Positions 10,808-23,333 are shown, counted from the stretch's first letter. The stretch is DNA of 64,000 nt from Lepidodermella squamata (GCA_047495785.1 JBLDXI010000026.1:558001-622000); one strand, 5' to 3'. Translations and numbers: made by a program. The notes: generated by a model from the letters alone, not told the origin.

Positions 10808-11623
10808 TCAGTATTCGCCGCGACGGTCATGGTGGTTCATTTGTCCTTCCTCCCGGCGATGGTTCCAGGCACCGCGACGGTGGTCGCGGTGATCATTGCG
10901 AGCCTTTCCGTGCAATTCAACATGTTTACGACCCCTGCGGTGGTCTTTGCTCATCTTTCCGCCATGTCGCTCTTCGCTCGAGTCTTCATCGCGGTTGTGG
11001 CGCCTCTTGCCCCCGAATCCACCGCGATGGCCGCTGAATCGGCTGAAACCGCTGAATGGACCATGGTGGCCTGCAAATCGGCCCATTTCTCCGAATCGGC
11101 TCAATTTTTCGAATTCACCACGACGACCGCCAAGGTGACCTGAGAACTTTTCGAAGCCACGTTGCTCTTCATCGCTGTCGCTTGAATCTTTATCGTGTTC
11201 GTGATGTCTCTTGCCACCGAATCTACCGTGACGTCTGGAACCTTCCAAACCGTGGTTTTTACCGCCGAATCTTCCGTGGGGTCGCATAGCTCCAAACTCT
11301 CCGTTATTTCCGCGGATTCGGCTCATTTCTTCGAAGCCACCATGACGGCCACCAAGGTGTCCACGGAACTTGCTGATACCACGAGAACGACCATGTTCCT
11401 CTTCGTCACTGTCGCTGCTGTCACTGCTATCGCTGTCATCGTCATCAAATTTGCCGCCATGTCGGCCGCCGAATCCCTTTCGGCCAAATTTGCCCATCAG
11501 ACCACCGCGTCCAACCTCCTCCTTTCCTTTGCGGTCGTCGCCTCCGAAGGGCGGACGATGGGGCTCGGCCATGGTGACTGCGACGAGAGCAGCTAGAAGA
11601 GCTACTAATACAAAGTTACGCAT
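10808..11623 (-). CDS. Secreted Gly/Arg/His-rich repeat protein with acidic DSSDSDEE blocks (271 aa, intronless)
   Basis: Signal peptide MRNFVLVALLAALVAVTMA; three degenerate repeats; TATA box upstream; paralogue of 20176..21395. Confidence 0.85.
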   Translation of the reverse strand: MRNFVLVALLAALVAVTMAEPHRPPFGGDDRKGKEEVGRGGLMGKFGRKGFGGRHGGKFDDDDSDSSDSSDSDEEEHGRSRGISKFRGHLGGRHGGFEEMSRIRGNNGEFGAMRPHGRFGGKNHGLEGSRRHGRFGGKRHHEHDKDSSDSDEEQRGFEKFSGHLGGRRGEFEKLSRFGEMGRFAGHHGPFSGFSRFSGHRGGFGGKRRHNRDEDSSEERHGGKMSKDHRRGRKHVELHGKARNDHRDHRRGAWNHRREEGQMNHHDRRGEY

Positions 11624-11697
11624 GTTGAAATATTCAACCTGTTCTGTTACTAAAGGTTTGCTCGCTTTGAAATGATTGAAACCTGCTGCATGAGAGG

Positions 11698-11726
11698 GGC
11701 TTTTATAGCCAAAATACCACAGGTCA
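11698..11726 (-). promoter_or_regulatory. TATA box with adjacent AGGTCA/TGACCT half-site
   Basis: CTATAAAAG on the minus strand about 80 bp upstream of ATG 11623; AGGTCA at 11721-11726; same arrangement at 21468-21491. Confidence 0.5.
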
Positions 11727-12615
11727 AAATTGCTGGTGGCAAAACCCACTTGTATTCATAACTGGGGCATATTTTTTAACGAAGGAGTAGCTGGGACCAC
11801 AGTGGATAGAACCCACCAAGGCAAACTCGTTGCTATCATTGTGCCCTTATCCTTCATTCAATTGATTTATTTCATGAAGTTTTCGTTGATTTGAGGAGCG
11901 TGAACGTTTTCGGTGGCTACGGCGTCGTGTCACCACCAATTTGACATCAATAATTTTTTCCTTGATTACCGGTTTTTCCATTACGTTGATGAGTTTCCAC
12001 GTGATGTTTTTTTGCGTCTTTCATGAAAAAAGTTAGTAATAAGGGAAAGAGTCTTTCTGGCCTGAGGGCAACCACGAGAGCACGACTACTCTCACTCACA
12101 TCTCTCAGTTCTAGCCATACCGACCAGGCAAACACTACGAGGCCACGATTACAGTGTAGGCATGAAAAAGTGACTTCTTATGGCTGATTTGTAGCATCAA
12201 GAGGCGAGAATAGAAGTTACACATTATTACCGGCGAATCGATTATCAGCGTCACTTACCACGGCGGTTCGTGATCTTCGCCGGAATGACAGATTGATATG
12301 GGAACTTTCAATTTTGATTATCTGATGCTATCACAGCCACTACGTGTTTCTTGAAAGTTTCGCAAATGAAATTCTGATTAAATATTCAACAGCTAAACCT
12401 AATTAACGCCATGACGTGTGAAAGTTCTTAATCTGATGACTGTTTTCCGGAATAGAAGTAGCATGGATAACATATCATTAATCTCGCGAAATGACGGACG
12501 TGAAACTATGTACTCCGCATATTTACCTGTTATACGCTCGACACTCGAGGGCGGGGTAGAGCAATGTAATCTGATATTTTTTATTTCAGATTTAATATCT
12601 TCAGATTGACAAACT

Positions 12616-13935
12616 ATGACTAAATGCCCCGTATGTGATTGCTTCGTGGTACCGCGTGAGAAATATCAACCGCGAACCTGCGATGCCTGCCAGAAATTTT
12701 TCCGGCGGAATTGCCAACGCTACAGCAAGCTAAAATGTCGCCATCATGATAGACCATCATACCAATCGGTTGCTACCATCTACGTCGCCAGAAAAATGTG
12801 TGGTAAATGCCGCTTCGACCGCTGTTTGGCAACAGGAATGCAAAGTTTGTTATGGATTATCTCAATCAAAGAAGCAATTAATTCAAACTTAAAATAGGCA
12901 AGTTTTTATGCGATGATGCGAAAATCGCTCGAAACAGACACGCAAAGGCTTCATCTTTATGCGACCCTGAACCGACACCAATTCTGAGTAAGACTCCGGA
13001 AATGGTTGTTGATGACCCGAATACGAAAATAGCGATGAGGTCACTTCGAGCTTTCACCGTTCTCCATGGTCTTGAATCCGTAAGAATCTTTCTTCCTATC
13101 TTTGAGTTAATTCCACGTATGAGTTCTTCAAAGGCCCCTATGAAGAATTCATCCGCACTTGATACGCTACAACTACGGGAGAGTCTACTCCAACAAACTG
13201 CTTATGCTACTGAACTTTTGAACACTTACGGCTTTTGCTTCCTGGGTGAGTCCCTGTATGATCGAAGTAAACATGGAAGATGTTACGATCCTTTTACTGA
13301 TCCAGATCTTGCTCCAGGCATTACAAAGCAGGACTTTTGCGATCTGCGATCTTCATCAATAATGCACATGGTAGCAGTTTATCACAATTTGCCAAGTTCA
13401 GCGAGCCCCTCATTGCTTGGAATCCCCGATCAGGTCGTGCCGTTGTTTGATCGCTTGTTTCCGCAGCTAGTGGCGGTAATGATTTTTTGAGCGCTGGAAG
13501 AATTTGTTTAATGATCGTCCACACAGAAAGCGATGCCAAAAATAAACAATTTGAAGATGCAACTGGACAAGTTCAACCCAACTTTCTTGGAAGCGTCGCT
13601 CATGCTGAGTGTTTTAATTTTTCACGGTAAGACCCTGACGTACTTAAACCGTGCAGGATGATAATATAAGGTTTTCTATAGATTTTTCGGGCAAGAATGC
13701 CCCTATCATGGAACTTCAACGGCAACTTTTTTCTGCTATGCGTACTGAAATGCTGCATGCTGCCAGAGGGGATAAATCCTCAGTCGACGCTAGGCTGCTA
13801 ATGTTTCGCCAGTGTGTCCAAGCTGTTATTGATTTTCAAAAGCGTACGCTGAGTGAACTGAAGCTAATAGCCCTGGAAGATGCGTCACCTCAATTCAAGA
13901 TGTTCACCAATATTCTTAATTTAGGTGAATCTTAG
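12616..13935 (+). CDS. Atypical nuclear-receptor-like gene copy 3 (close paralogue of copy 2, opposite orientation)
   Basis: DBD CPVC-x14-CDACQKFFRRNC; LBD exons with PTFLEASLMLSVLIFH. Confidence 0.85.
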
Positions 13936-14982
13936 CGGAATGAACTGAATTCCAGTAACCATTAATATCCAGTTAACATCAAAACTATAATTCAATCGTG
14001 CCGCTCTAATTCTCCTTTGATTTAATATCTCTGAATGTGCTGCTACAGGACTATTATGATACTTATATCATTTATTATCAATGCCACATTTAGCTAGTAC
14101 AGTGAAAATCTAAAGTTACGCACGGTCAGGAATTTGTTGAGCTGAAACTAAAAATATCTCACACGCGCCCGAACTATTCTTAGCTTCAAGCTTGGGTTAA
14201 AATCAGCTGAAAATAAAAAGTGTAACTCGGTCTGACTAAGAAGTTTTAACAGCTTTAAAAATATGAATATTCATAAGGTGCTAATTAATATTTCGAATAT
14301 ACCTCAAAGTTGATAATTAGGTATGTCAAAAGATTCCGGAAAATTTATTGTTGATTTGTTGTAAGTTGTAACCTCATTTCAACTGCTCAAATTTTTCTGC
14401 GTTTTTTGACACTTAACTAACAATGTCCTAGTTTCATGACACCTCACGAATATATTCATATTCTTGAAACTACATATCCTACTTTCACTGTAGCTATTTT
14501 TGGAGCTCGTGAAAAAGGCTTGTGAAATCAGACTTCAAAAGACTCATGTCATGTTCCACCAACTTCGGAATTACATGAACAAAACCTATTTAGAGACATC
14601 GTCTTTCTGGCCGGAGGGGAACTACGAAAGCGCGAATTATGTTCACTCTCAGGTTTTTCGAACAGCTCACGCGATGAGTAAGAAACGCACAATTTTTCAT
14701 GGAAATCGAACCACACAAACCCAGACGATCATACCATGAGGCCTAGTGTAGAGATTGGGCATGAAAACGTCCCCTTGTCATTCTGATTTGTGGCTTGGAG
14801 TGGCAAGAACAGAATATTAGGTATCTAGGGATCATAAGCAAATCGGACATCTGCGTCAGAAAATCAGGTAGCAGAAGTAAACTTACCCTGGCAATTCTAT
14901 CTTCGCCGGAATGAAATATGCCAGTCATGATTTTAAAGACCAAATCGTTGGCGCGGACGATTAAGCCGGATTTGGGATTTTT

Positions 14983-15089
14983 CATGTCAGTTTTGAGGTA
15001 AAATTTTTAGTTAAGTCAATTATAAAAATGAATTTTTTTCGTATTTTAATTCACTTCTTACCTTATAGTATTACCCTAAAACTGACATG
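14983..15089. repeat. Small inverted-repeat element (19-bp imperfect TIRs, CATG ends)
   Basis: CATGTCAGTTTTGAGGTAA and TTACCCTAAAACTGACATG around an AT-rich core; no TSD found. Confidence 0.5.
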
Positions 15090-15190
15090 GGCAGGCTCTA
15101 ATTCCTCTCCGCTAACGATGGCACGCCACTTGGCTATGTTTTGAACAACTTTGGGCTAAATCAGCGGGTATTTTCAGATTTGTTGGCAAG

Positions 15191-15362
15191 AAAATCCAAT
15201 TTGATGGCGAAAGTACCCAAATTGATGGTGACATTGGTTTCGTTGGTAAAAGCCCAAATTTGATGGTGAAAGTCCCATTTTTGATGGTGAAATTTGAATT
15301 TTCCGGTTTGATGGTGAAAGTCCCGAAATTGATGGTGAAAGTCCCAAAATTGATGGCAGAAA
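15191..15362. repeat. Minisatellite with about 21-bp unit AAATTTGATGGTGAAAGTCCC
   Basis: About 7 imperfect copies of TTGATGGTGAAAGTCCC. Confidence 0.85.
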
Positions 15363-15954
15363 GCATTTTCCCCTTTGAAATTTGTTTTGATTAATTTCAA
15401 CTTTCAATCAAAGCGAAATCCATGGTGTGTGAATGTTCTGCCAGTGGGTTTAAATCATTGCCTGAGACCAGGCTGTGGATGTTTCACAATTTTTTTCAAG
15501 CTGCTTTCGATGCGGAATGGACGAAGGGTGACGGAATGGTATCTGGAACGTTGTCCAATGTCAATTCATCGTCCAACATCATTCATTCTAGCTTCGATTT
15601 TCTCTACAAAATTTGCTGCTGCAGGATTATGATACTTATTACTTATTGTAAATGACACATGCAGCTAATACATGGGTAAAAAGTAAAAACTAATTATCTG
15701 GCTACAATTAGTTCAATTCACTGTGTGCTAAAAAACTCAGTTATCGAGCATGGAATAAACTTTGGCCACCGCCCCAATGTCTAATATTAAAGACGCACAC
15801 TTGCATGCCCGGGAGAGATAACAAAAAGAAAGCAGCACTCTTCGGGGTTATCAAATCCAGCCGGCACCACCGTTAGAGCAAACATCGGAAACAGGTATAT
15901 AACCCCAATTTAGGTGACCCCACCCTCATTCTACAAAGTTCTTCGTTAGAAAAA

Positions 15955-16995
15955 ATGATTTCTGCTGTAATTTTGCCCGTACTTCTCTTCGGTCTAACTT
16001 CAGGCCAATACACAAGCCATGAAACAGGTTGGACCCATAATGGTGGCGGCGGGGTGCGCTACATCGATCAGCAGCACGTCGGCTGCCCAGATGGCCGCGT
16101 CCTGCGCCAGTTCCAAATGCAAGGCCATGGCGACTACATGAACTACCGTTACCAGTGCCAGCAGCCCGTCAACCACGGCAACACCTGGATGAGATACTCC
16201 GGCTGGCGGGGCATGTCAAAGGTCTGGGACCTACCGAACGCCCCAGTCGATTGCGGAGCAAACGCGATGGTCAAGAATTTCCAGCTTAAAACAAACCCAG
16301 GGAACCAAGACGAATTCCAGTATGAATACACCTGCGCCTCGGTTCAGGAGGATTCTTGCGACAACCACCACACCCAATGGGTGGGCGAAGGCAGCGGCCG
16401 TAACTGGCAACTCACCCCCTTGGATGTCGCCTGCCCCAACGAGAGGCCCCATCTTCAAAATTTCGTGCTTGAGGCCATCAGCGGGCAATTACGGTACAAA
16501 TACCGATGCTGCTCTGCCAAGGTGATCCACGAAACCTGCGACAACCCAACCGATCAATGGGTCGTCTTCCGGACCATTGACAACTTGGGAAGCAAGATTC
16601 CGCTCAAGCTGAAATACACGAAAACCGTCGGCATGTCGACTTCGACTTCAAGCAGCGAAAGTGGCGGTTCGAAGGAGACCTTCTCCACTGAAGTTTCCGT
16701 CTCAGTCAAGCAGACGTTCTCGTCCAAGCTCGGCTACAGCTACGTCACGTATCACGACTGGCGCTACGAGGAGACGAGCACGTTTTCGGGCAGCATTCAG
16801 ACTTCGGTCGAATTCGAATGCCCGGCTCGAACTGAGTGCGACATTATGCAGGTCCTAGGTCAGTGTGGCATCTATTACGTGCGAACTGATGATATCAAAG
16901 TCAACACGTACGACAAGGAAGACCCGCGCCCTGGCAAGCCGAGGAACGTTGGCTACTACAACGCGAAAAATCACACAATCCAATGGCTCCATTAA
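15955..16995 (+). CDS. Secreted protein: three dermatopontin-like Cys repeats plus Ser/Thr-rich beta-pore-forming-toxin-like C-terminal domain (346 aa, intronless)
   Basis: Signal peptide; repeats of C-P/G-x-x-x-x-L/V-x-x-F-x(n)-Y-x-Y-x-C; C-terminal YTKTVGMSTSTS...FSTEVSVSVKQTFSSKLGYSY..DW...SVEFECPARTECDIMQVLGQCG; TATA at about 15896. Confidence 0.75.
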   Translation: MISAVILPVLLFGLTSGQYTSHETGWTHNGGGGVRYIDQQHVGCPDGRVLRQFQMQGHGDYMNYRYQCQQPVNHGNTWMRYSGWRGMSKVWDLPNAPVDCGANAMVKNFQLKTNPGNQDEFQYEYTCASVQEDSCDNHHTQWVGEGSGRNWQLTPLDVACPNERPHLQNFVLEAISGQLRYKYRCCSAKVIHETCDNPTDQWVVFRTIDNLGSKIPLKLKYTKTVGMSTSTSSSESGGSKETFSTEVSVSVKQTFSSKLGYSYVTYHDWRYEETSTFSGSIQTSVEFECPARTECDIMQVLGQCGIYYVRTDDIKVNTYDKEDPRPGKPRNVGYYNAKNHTIQWLH

Positions 16996-17801
16996 ATGAC
17001 AATTGAAACATTCTGATTAACACATTTTATCCATGCTTTTTCTCGCAATTTTCGAACATTCAGAAATAATAAAATTGACCATAGAAAGTTAGAACACAGC
17101 CTTGAAAAATAATGCGAATAATCACCTGGAAATCAGGAGTTACAAAGAGTTTTTCTTTTCAAAGTTTGCAAACAAATGCTTGTTGATTGAAACTACTAAT
17201 TATAAAGGTTCAAGTGAATAAATTCGGAAACTGTAATATCGTATGAGCTTTTGAATCTCAAGAAGCAAGTCATAGTGCAAGTGACTCGATGAACCAATAG
17301 CAAATGCTCCAAGTGAACTAATCCATGGACGTAGGACGTAGAAGTCTCACCCAGCCCCGTCTTCACTAGTTGGACGTTTCCATGAAGTAAAAGGCTCCTG
17401 GGTTATATTGATATCGAGAAATCGATACTTTTTTTGTAAACTTCTCATAGGTTTATGAATGGCCAACAACTATCAACTGGATTCGACTCATGCTCCCTTA
17501 GCTTAGCAGTTATAATTTTTTTCCATCTTTTTCACTTCGCGAATTTTTTACTAGAAAGGCATATGGAACGCTCCATTCTCCATTTCTAGAATTCTCTCTT
17601 TGTCTTTTTCTCTAGTTCGTATTTTTGGATTCCAGACAAGGCCCAGGGTCAGTGGCTATAATTAGCATGTTCTCACGGCACAAGGTACGCTGATAAGACT
17701 TATCATTCTAGCGAACCAGAAAATTTACGCCACCAAAGTAAACAATTCTAGAAGTTTAGTGACAAAGAGCGCATATGTAATCATTCCACACCGAAAGAAA
17801 C

Positions 17802-18767
17802 ATGCTTTTCAGTATTAGCTTCCTTCTGAGTGTTCTGATCGGCGTGACCTGGGGCCAATATACAAGCCATGAAACTGCGTGGACGCATGATGGCGGTGGG
17901 GGTGTTCGATACATCGATCGACAGTATGTCGGCTGCAACGACGGCTGGGTCCTCCGCCAGTTCCAGATGCAGAACAAAGGCGATTACATGAACTACCGCT
18001 ACCAATGCCAACAGCCGTTGAACCACGCCAACTCGTGGTGGCGTTACTCAGGCTGGAGGAGGATGTCGAAAGTCTGGGACCTGCCCAATGCCCCGGTCGA
18101 TTGCGGCTACAACGCCATGGTCCGGAATTTCCAGTTCAAAACAAACCCGAACAACCAAGACGAGTTTCAATACGAATACGTTTGCACATCCATCCAACAA
18201 GACCAGTGCGACAACCACTACACGCAATGGGCGAGTGAAGGGAGCGGCCGGAACTGGCAACTCACCCCGTTCAACGTTGCCTGCCCGAATGAGAGGCCAC
18301 ATCTTCAACATTTCGTGGTTGAGGCCGTAAATGGTCAACTGAGGTACAGGTACGGTTGCTGCTCATCCAAGGTGATTCATGAGACGTGCGACAACCCAAC
18401 CGATCGATGGGTCGTTTTCAAAACTGTGAGAAACATGTACAGTGGGGCTGCTTTGACTGAAACCTACAAAAAGCAAACTGGCATGTCACGGTCAAGCGAA
18501 ATCTCCAACAGTGGCGGCAACTCTGAGCAGTTCTCCAGCGAAGTAACAGTCAATGTTAAGAACGTGTTCGCGACTAAGTTGGGTTACAGCTACGAGACTT
18601 ACCATGACTGGCGCTTTGAAGAAACCTCGTCGTTTCAGGGCTCAGTTCAGGTGGAAATGGAATTCACTTGCCCGCCTTACACGGACTGTGAACTGTACCA
18701 GGTCATGGGACAATGCGGCTCTTTCTTCGTCCGCACCGATGACATAAAGGTCGTAACAACGGATTAA
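17802..18767 (+). CDS. Tandem paralogue of the dermatopontin-like plus beta-PFT-like secreted protein (321 aa, intronless)
   Basis: Collinear with 15955..16995 over its full length; N-terminal repeats highly similar, C-terminal domain more diverged. Confidence 0.75.
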   Translation: MLFSISFLLSVLIGVTWGQYTSHETAWTHDGGGGVRYIDRQYVGCNDGWVLRQFQMQNKGDYMNYRYQCQQPLNHANSWWRYSGWRRMSKVWDLPNAPVDCGYNAMVRNFQFKTNPNNQDEFQYEYVCTSIQQDQCDNHYTQWASEGSGRNWQLTPFNVACPNERPHLQHFVVEAVNGQLRYRYGCCSSKVIHETCDNPTDRWVVFKTVRNMYSGAALTETYKKQTGMSRSSEISNSGGNSEQFSSEVTVNVKNVFATKLGYSYETYHDWRFEETSSFQGSVQVEMEFTCPPYTDCELYQVMGQCGSFFVRTDDIKVVTTD

Positions 18768-19214
18768 CCTATTCCAAATAACCTAAAGACCTAAAGACCT
18801 AAAGATATAAATGAACAATTGAAATCCTGATCCAGGAGAATAAAAACTTCGTTATTTATTTATTTCAGAAGAAGCCATTCCGCCCAGAAGAGGACAGCGT
18901 TACTTATGATGTTCAGCGAATGAACGAAACGTGAAAATCCTTCAAAACTATGTTGACTTTGTTTTTAGCTCAATACAGTTATTAGAGATTAGAAAGAAAA
19001 CTTAATTAGAAATTTATTTTATCATTTCAGCGGGATCTTTATCCTATTTCTGTGCAACAGAATTCTTAAATGAGGGCGAGAGATGAAAGAGGGTCGACTA
19101 TTCGGCATTCACAATCTTAATTTTGTAAAACAATAGGTTTTTTCCAGAAAAACCTCGGCTATATCACGTGTCTAAGGTATCAAATGTAAAAAGCTGAGGA
19201 ATGCATGTGAGAAT

Positions 19215-19875
19215 TCAGTTCATCCAACCATTTCGATCGGTTCTAGCTTGGGGCTTCCCGTAGTATCCACCACGATGGCCTTCAGACTTTCGATTGTCCG
19301 ACAGGCGACCACGGCCCACATCTTCGTAGTCATCATCACGATCCCAGCCGCCTCGGCCACCAGGCTGACGGTCGCGTTTCGCTTCTTCCATGCGCTTCTG
19401 CCATTTTTGATACTGCTTGTACTCGTCTCCGAAGCGCAGTTTGAGCCATTCAAGAAACGGTTTCATCCATGAGTCATCATCATCTTTCTTAGTGTCATTC
19501 TTATTAGCAGTACCATTGATCTTTGCGGTACCATTAACCACTTTTGCGGCCGTTTCGTTGCTCAGCCTAGCGGGGCGTCTATCGCCAACTTTCTGCTGCC
19601 TGTTGTCCCGGTCGTCAAGGTTGGGCCTGCAAAATTGTTTTTTGATTTAGCGAATGTAACAGGCTGTGCACAAGTACAACTCACCTATTATCCTCGTCAT
19701 CATTGCCGAGGCGTCTTGATCCTCGAATAGGCCTGTCCTGGCCTCCGCGGAATCCACGATCCCCATCATCGCCCTCAGAAGAGTCATTGTCGTCGTTCCA
19801 GTGATTCCTGTGAGAGTTGACTTGAGCAAGTTCGATGAGAACAAGCAGACCAACAACAGCTAGCCAAGCTTTCAT
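19215..19875 (-). CDS. Secreted Asp/Arg/Gly-rich low-complexity protein, 2 exons
   Basis: Signal peptide MKAWLAVVGLLVLIELAQVNS; intron 19627-19684 joins two ORFs in frame; clustered N-glycosylation sequons (NET, NGT, NGT, NDT). Confidence 0.75.
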
Positions 19876-20175
19876 TTAATGGTAAAAATAAAACTTCTAA
19901 AAGACAAAGCATAGTTAGAGCAATCGCCAACAAGATGATGACAAATTTGCAAGTGCAAGTTACTTTATTCGGTGCATAAAAATTGGTTGGAACAAAGGGT
20001 GATCAATCAAATAATATTGGGAGATAGAGCGATATTTTCCTGAAATTTAAAAAACAAGTATAGGGTGCATCTTAAACTCCTTCCGTGCTACAGAAGGAGT
20101 ACATTTCGGCTTGCGAAAACAAAAGAATTAAAACAGTTCTACGAGCGCAAGTTATTGAAGGCTTCATATCATTTC

Positions 20176-21395
20176 TTAAAAGCCACCGGGGCGGTTCCAG
20201 GGTCCACGGTTGCCACCTCTGCGGGGGCCCTTGCCCATCTTTCCGCCATGTTGCTCCTCACCGCTGTCGCTCGAATCGTCATCGCGGTCAAAACGTCCCT
20301 TGCCACCGACTCCACCGTGGGGCTTCATACCTCCGAAACCGGGGAATCCACCACGTCGACCACCGAATGGGCGCATTTCTCCGAATCCACCACGGCGACC
20401 ACCAAAGGGACCTGGAGGGAATGCTGGCGGGCCTGGAGGGAACATGCCGTGCCTATGTGGGAGACCCTGTCGCTCCTCATCGCTGTCGCTCGAATCGTCA
20501 TCGCGGTCGAATCGCGGTCCCTTACCACCAAAACCACCTGGGTAACCACCGAATGGGCGCATTTCTCCAAATCCACCACGGCGACCGCCAAAAGGGCCCA
20601 TTTCACCGAATCCACCGCGACGACCACCAAAAGGGCCTGGTGGGATAGCTGGGGGTCCTGGGGGGAAGCGGCCAGGACCACGGGACGGGCCATGACGCTC
20701 CTCGTCGCTGTCGCTTGAATCGTCATCGCGGTCATGAGGTCCCTTACCCCCAAATCCACCATGGGGTTTCATTCCTCCAAATCCTTCAGGGCGGCCACCA
20801 AATGGGCGCATTTCACCGAATCCACCGCGACGACCACCAAATGGACCTGGTGGGAATGCAGGGGGTCCTGGGGGGAAGCGGCCAGGACCACGGGACGGGC
20901 CATGACGCTCCTCGTCGCTGTCGCTTGAATCGTCATCGCGGTCAAAACGTCCCTTGCCACCGAATCCACCGTGGGGCTTCATACCTCCGAATCCGGGGAA
21001 TCCACCACGACGACCACCAAATGGGCGCATTTCCCCGAATCCACCGCGACGGCCACCGAGGGGTCCTGGCGGGAAAGCTGGGGGACCTGGCGGGAACTTG
21101 CCGCGGGAAGGACCTCGTTCATCAGAATCGTCCTGCAAGAAATGTATGCGAATGATATATGAAGAAATCAAAAAATCCTTACGTCATCATCATCGTCGTC
21201 GCTGCTGTCGCTGTCATCATCATCAAACTTGCCTCCACGACGGCCGCCAAACGGACCTCCGAATCCCTTACGGCCAAAGTCGCCCATCGGACCACCGTGT
21301 CTCATTGGAGGCGCGCCTCCCATTGGCGGACGACGGGGCTCGGCCATCGCCACAGCGAAAAGAGCCGCAAGAAGAGCTGCTACAACAAGACGCAT
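20176..21395 (-). CDS. Secreted Gly/Arg/Pro/Phe tandem-repeat protein with acidic DDDSSDSDEE blocks (about 389 aa, 2 exons)
   Basis: Signal peptide MRLVVAALLAALFAVAMA; intron 21133-21182; about four near-identical repeats of roughly 70-80 aa. Confidence 0.85.
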
Positions 21396-21465
21396 CTTTA
21401 GCTATTCCACTGATTATGATGAATAGAGAAGATTTGCTTGATGGGAAAGCCTGCAACCTCCAGGG

Positions 21466-21491
21466 CCTTATATAGCCACAATGGCAGGTCA
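21466..21491 (-). promoter_or_regulatory. TATA box with adjacent AGGTCA/TGACCT half-site
   Basis: CTATATAAG on the minus strand; AGGTCA at 21486-21491; conserved with the paralogous promoter at 11698-11726. Confidence 0.5.
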
Positions 21492-23333
21492 AAAACCCAT
21501 TTTTGACTCCGGAAAAAGTGGCCATGATAATGCTTAACCAGGGCGAATGACAGTCAACCCAGAATGCGAAGTTTTGATTGAAAAGAAAATCAAAACTTTT
21601 CTGAAAGATGATCGATCTTATCATAGAAACCTGGCCTTCTGCAAATTTCTCTTACTTGGGAGTTGTTGATAATTTCTGCCGTGTGAATTTTTCTGGTTAT
21701 TACGGCGTCGTGTATCTTCTAAACCTCAGTCATTGTTTTCCTAGTCGACCCTGATTTTTTCATCATCAATTTGGGTATCTTTCACGTATACATGGTTACA
21801 TGAGAAAGACAAAAAATTTGTTGTGATGAAGACTCACCTACGACAGCACGACTCATTCTTTGTTGTTCTTTTGGTCAGTAACACGAAATAACAAATAACG
21901 CGAAACCGCAAAAGTCTTTTTCCAGTTCTTTCATTGTCAAGGCAGCAGTACTTCGTCAATGTTTGGCAACAGTTTGGCCTTGCAAATTACCGCCATCGAC
22001 ACCTGAATATTGAAGCTTATCACTCACTCGTCACTGAACAGCCGATTTCACATTCAGATGTTGAGCAGTGTGCAAAGTAAGATTCTAAAGATGAGGTGTT
22101 TTCTGTTGCATAGCAAAGAAACTGGGGCTTTGGTTTTGCAATCTTGGTGATGTTTACAAGACACAGGTATTAGATGTAAGCAATATTTATCTGACTCTGA
22201 TACTGACTCTTTCCAGAATGAGCTGGCCACGAATCCTGCTGGCGCCTAGAACTCCTCGGATTAAAACGCTATCTAGTGCAGGCGGACAGGTGGCCCAAAT
22301 TAACCAAGGACGAACCGTGTTTTGGACTATATGCGAGATGCACGCAATCGATTCCCTCGGTCGACAGCATGCGCTTAACCATTGGGATGAAAATAAAAGA
22401 ATAAATTAATGATATAGAAACGTACACTGGCTAGCCTGAATCAGCCAGGAACAAGGCGACAACAAAAATTCCGTCGAAAGAATTTGTTTGCGCTCATCAC
22501 GAACCCTACTGATTACTTACCTTCCCTACCCTACTTCCAGTATACTTACCGTATTTTATTACAATTTAGGTGACACCGCCCTACATTTCATTTCAAACGA
22601 GGTCCAAGTCCTGCGTCTTGTCTTGTATTTAGTGTCTGTCCTTTACTTTTTCGAACCTCATCACTCATCAGTCAACCTGGTCAACCTCAAGAGTAACTGG
22701 ATAAACCGCTAAAGACGCCGAATAACTGTTAGCTACCGCCTTTACCAGAGACTTTGCTCAAGTAGATTAAGGAGGATTTGTTGACTTCCTCCTGCAATCT
22801 GCAATCGCAGTCTATCAAGCACCAACTAACTGCCCAGCATGTGCTCATGCAAGCCACGTTCTACTAGGCCCTACCTATTACTACAGTTTGCCCTTGTTAT
22901 TTCGAATCATCTTTGCCCACTGCCCTATATTTCGTTCCTGACTTGAAACTCGATTCTAACGGGTGATGCAAAATTATAAAATTATTCTTAATTCTTCAAA
23001 AATTGGCGGCACGTGTTGCCACCTGGTAATTGAATTTGTCAGATTCGAAGAGACGAGTCGTGCCCGTGATCCAAATGCGAGACATTTCTATTGATGCGAC
23101 GCTGTAGCTCACTACGTGGTAAAAGTGAACTGATTATTCGGACTTGTCGCATCGCACTGAGCCGTATCGATTTCTCTGCCGCGCCTCGCATGTCTTCTCC
23201 TCGTTTAGTAATGCGCGATAATATGTCAAAAGCTTTCAGATATTATTGGATACCTACATCTCCCTCACTGCCGCATTAATTCGCTTTTCAACCATCAAGT
23301 TCATTTGATTTTTAGTAACTGAAATAAAAAACT

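Noticed and set aside
10634-11675. Plus-strand ORFs over the Gly-rich gene (likewise 20065-21475)
   Set aside because: Antisense shadows of GC-rich repetitive coding sequence; the minus strand carries the signal peptide, TATA box and splice sites.
15112-15407. ORFs with FHHQ/GTFTIK repeats; possible CRISPR-like array
   Set aside because: Translations of a tandem minisatellite; no unique spacers, no cas genes, eukaryotic context.
22430-22960. Possible LTR or retroelement fragment (also 7620-8070 and 59850-60200)
   Set aside because: Composition is suggestive only; no paired LTR, PBS, TSD or coding motif could be identified.
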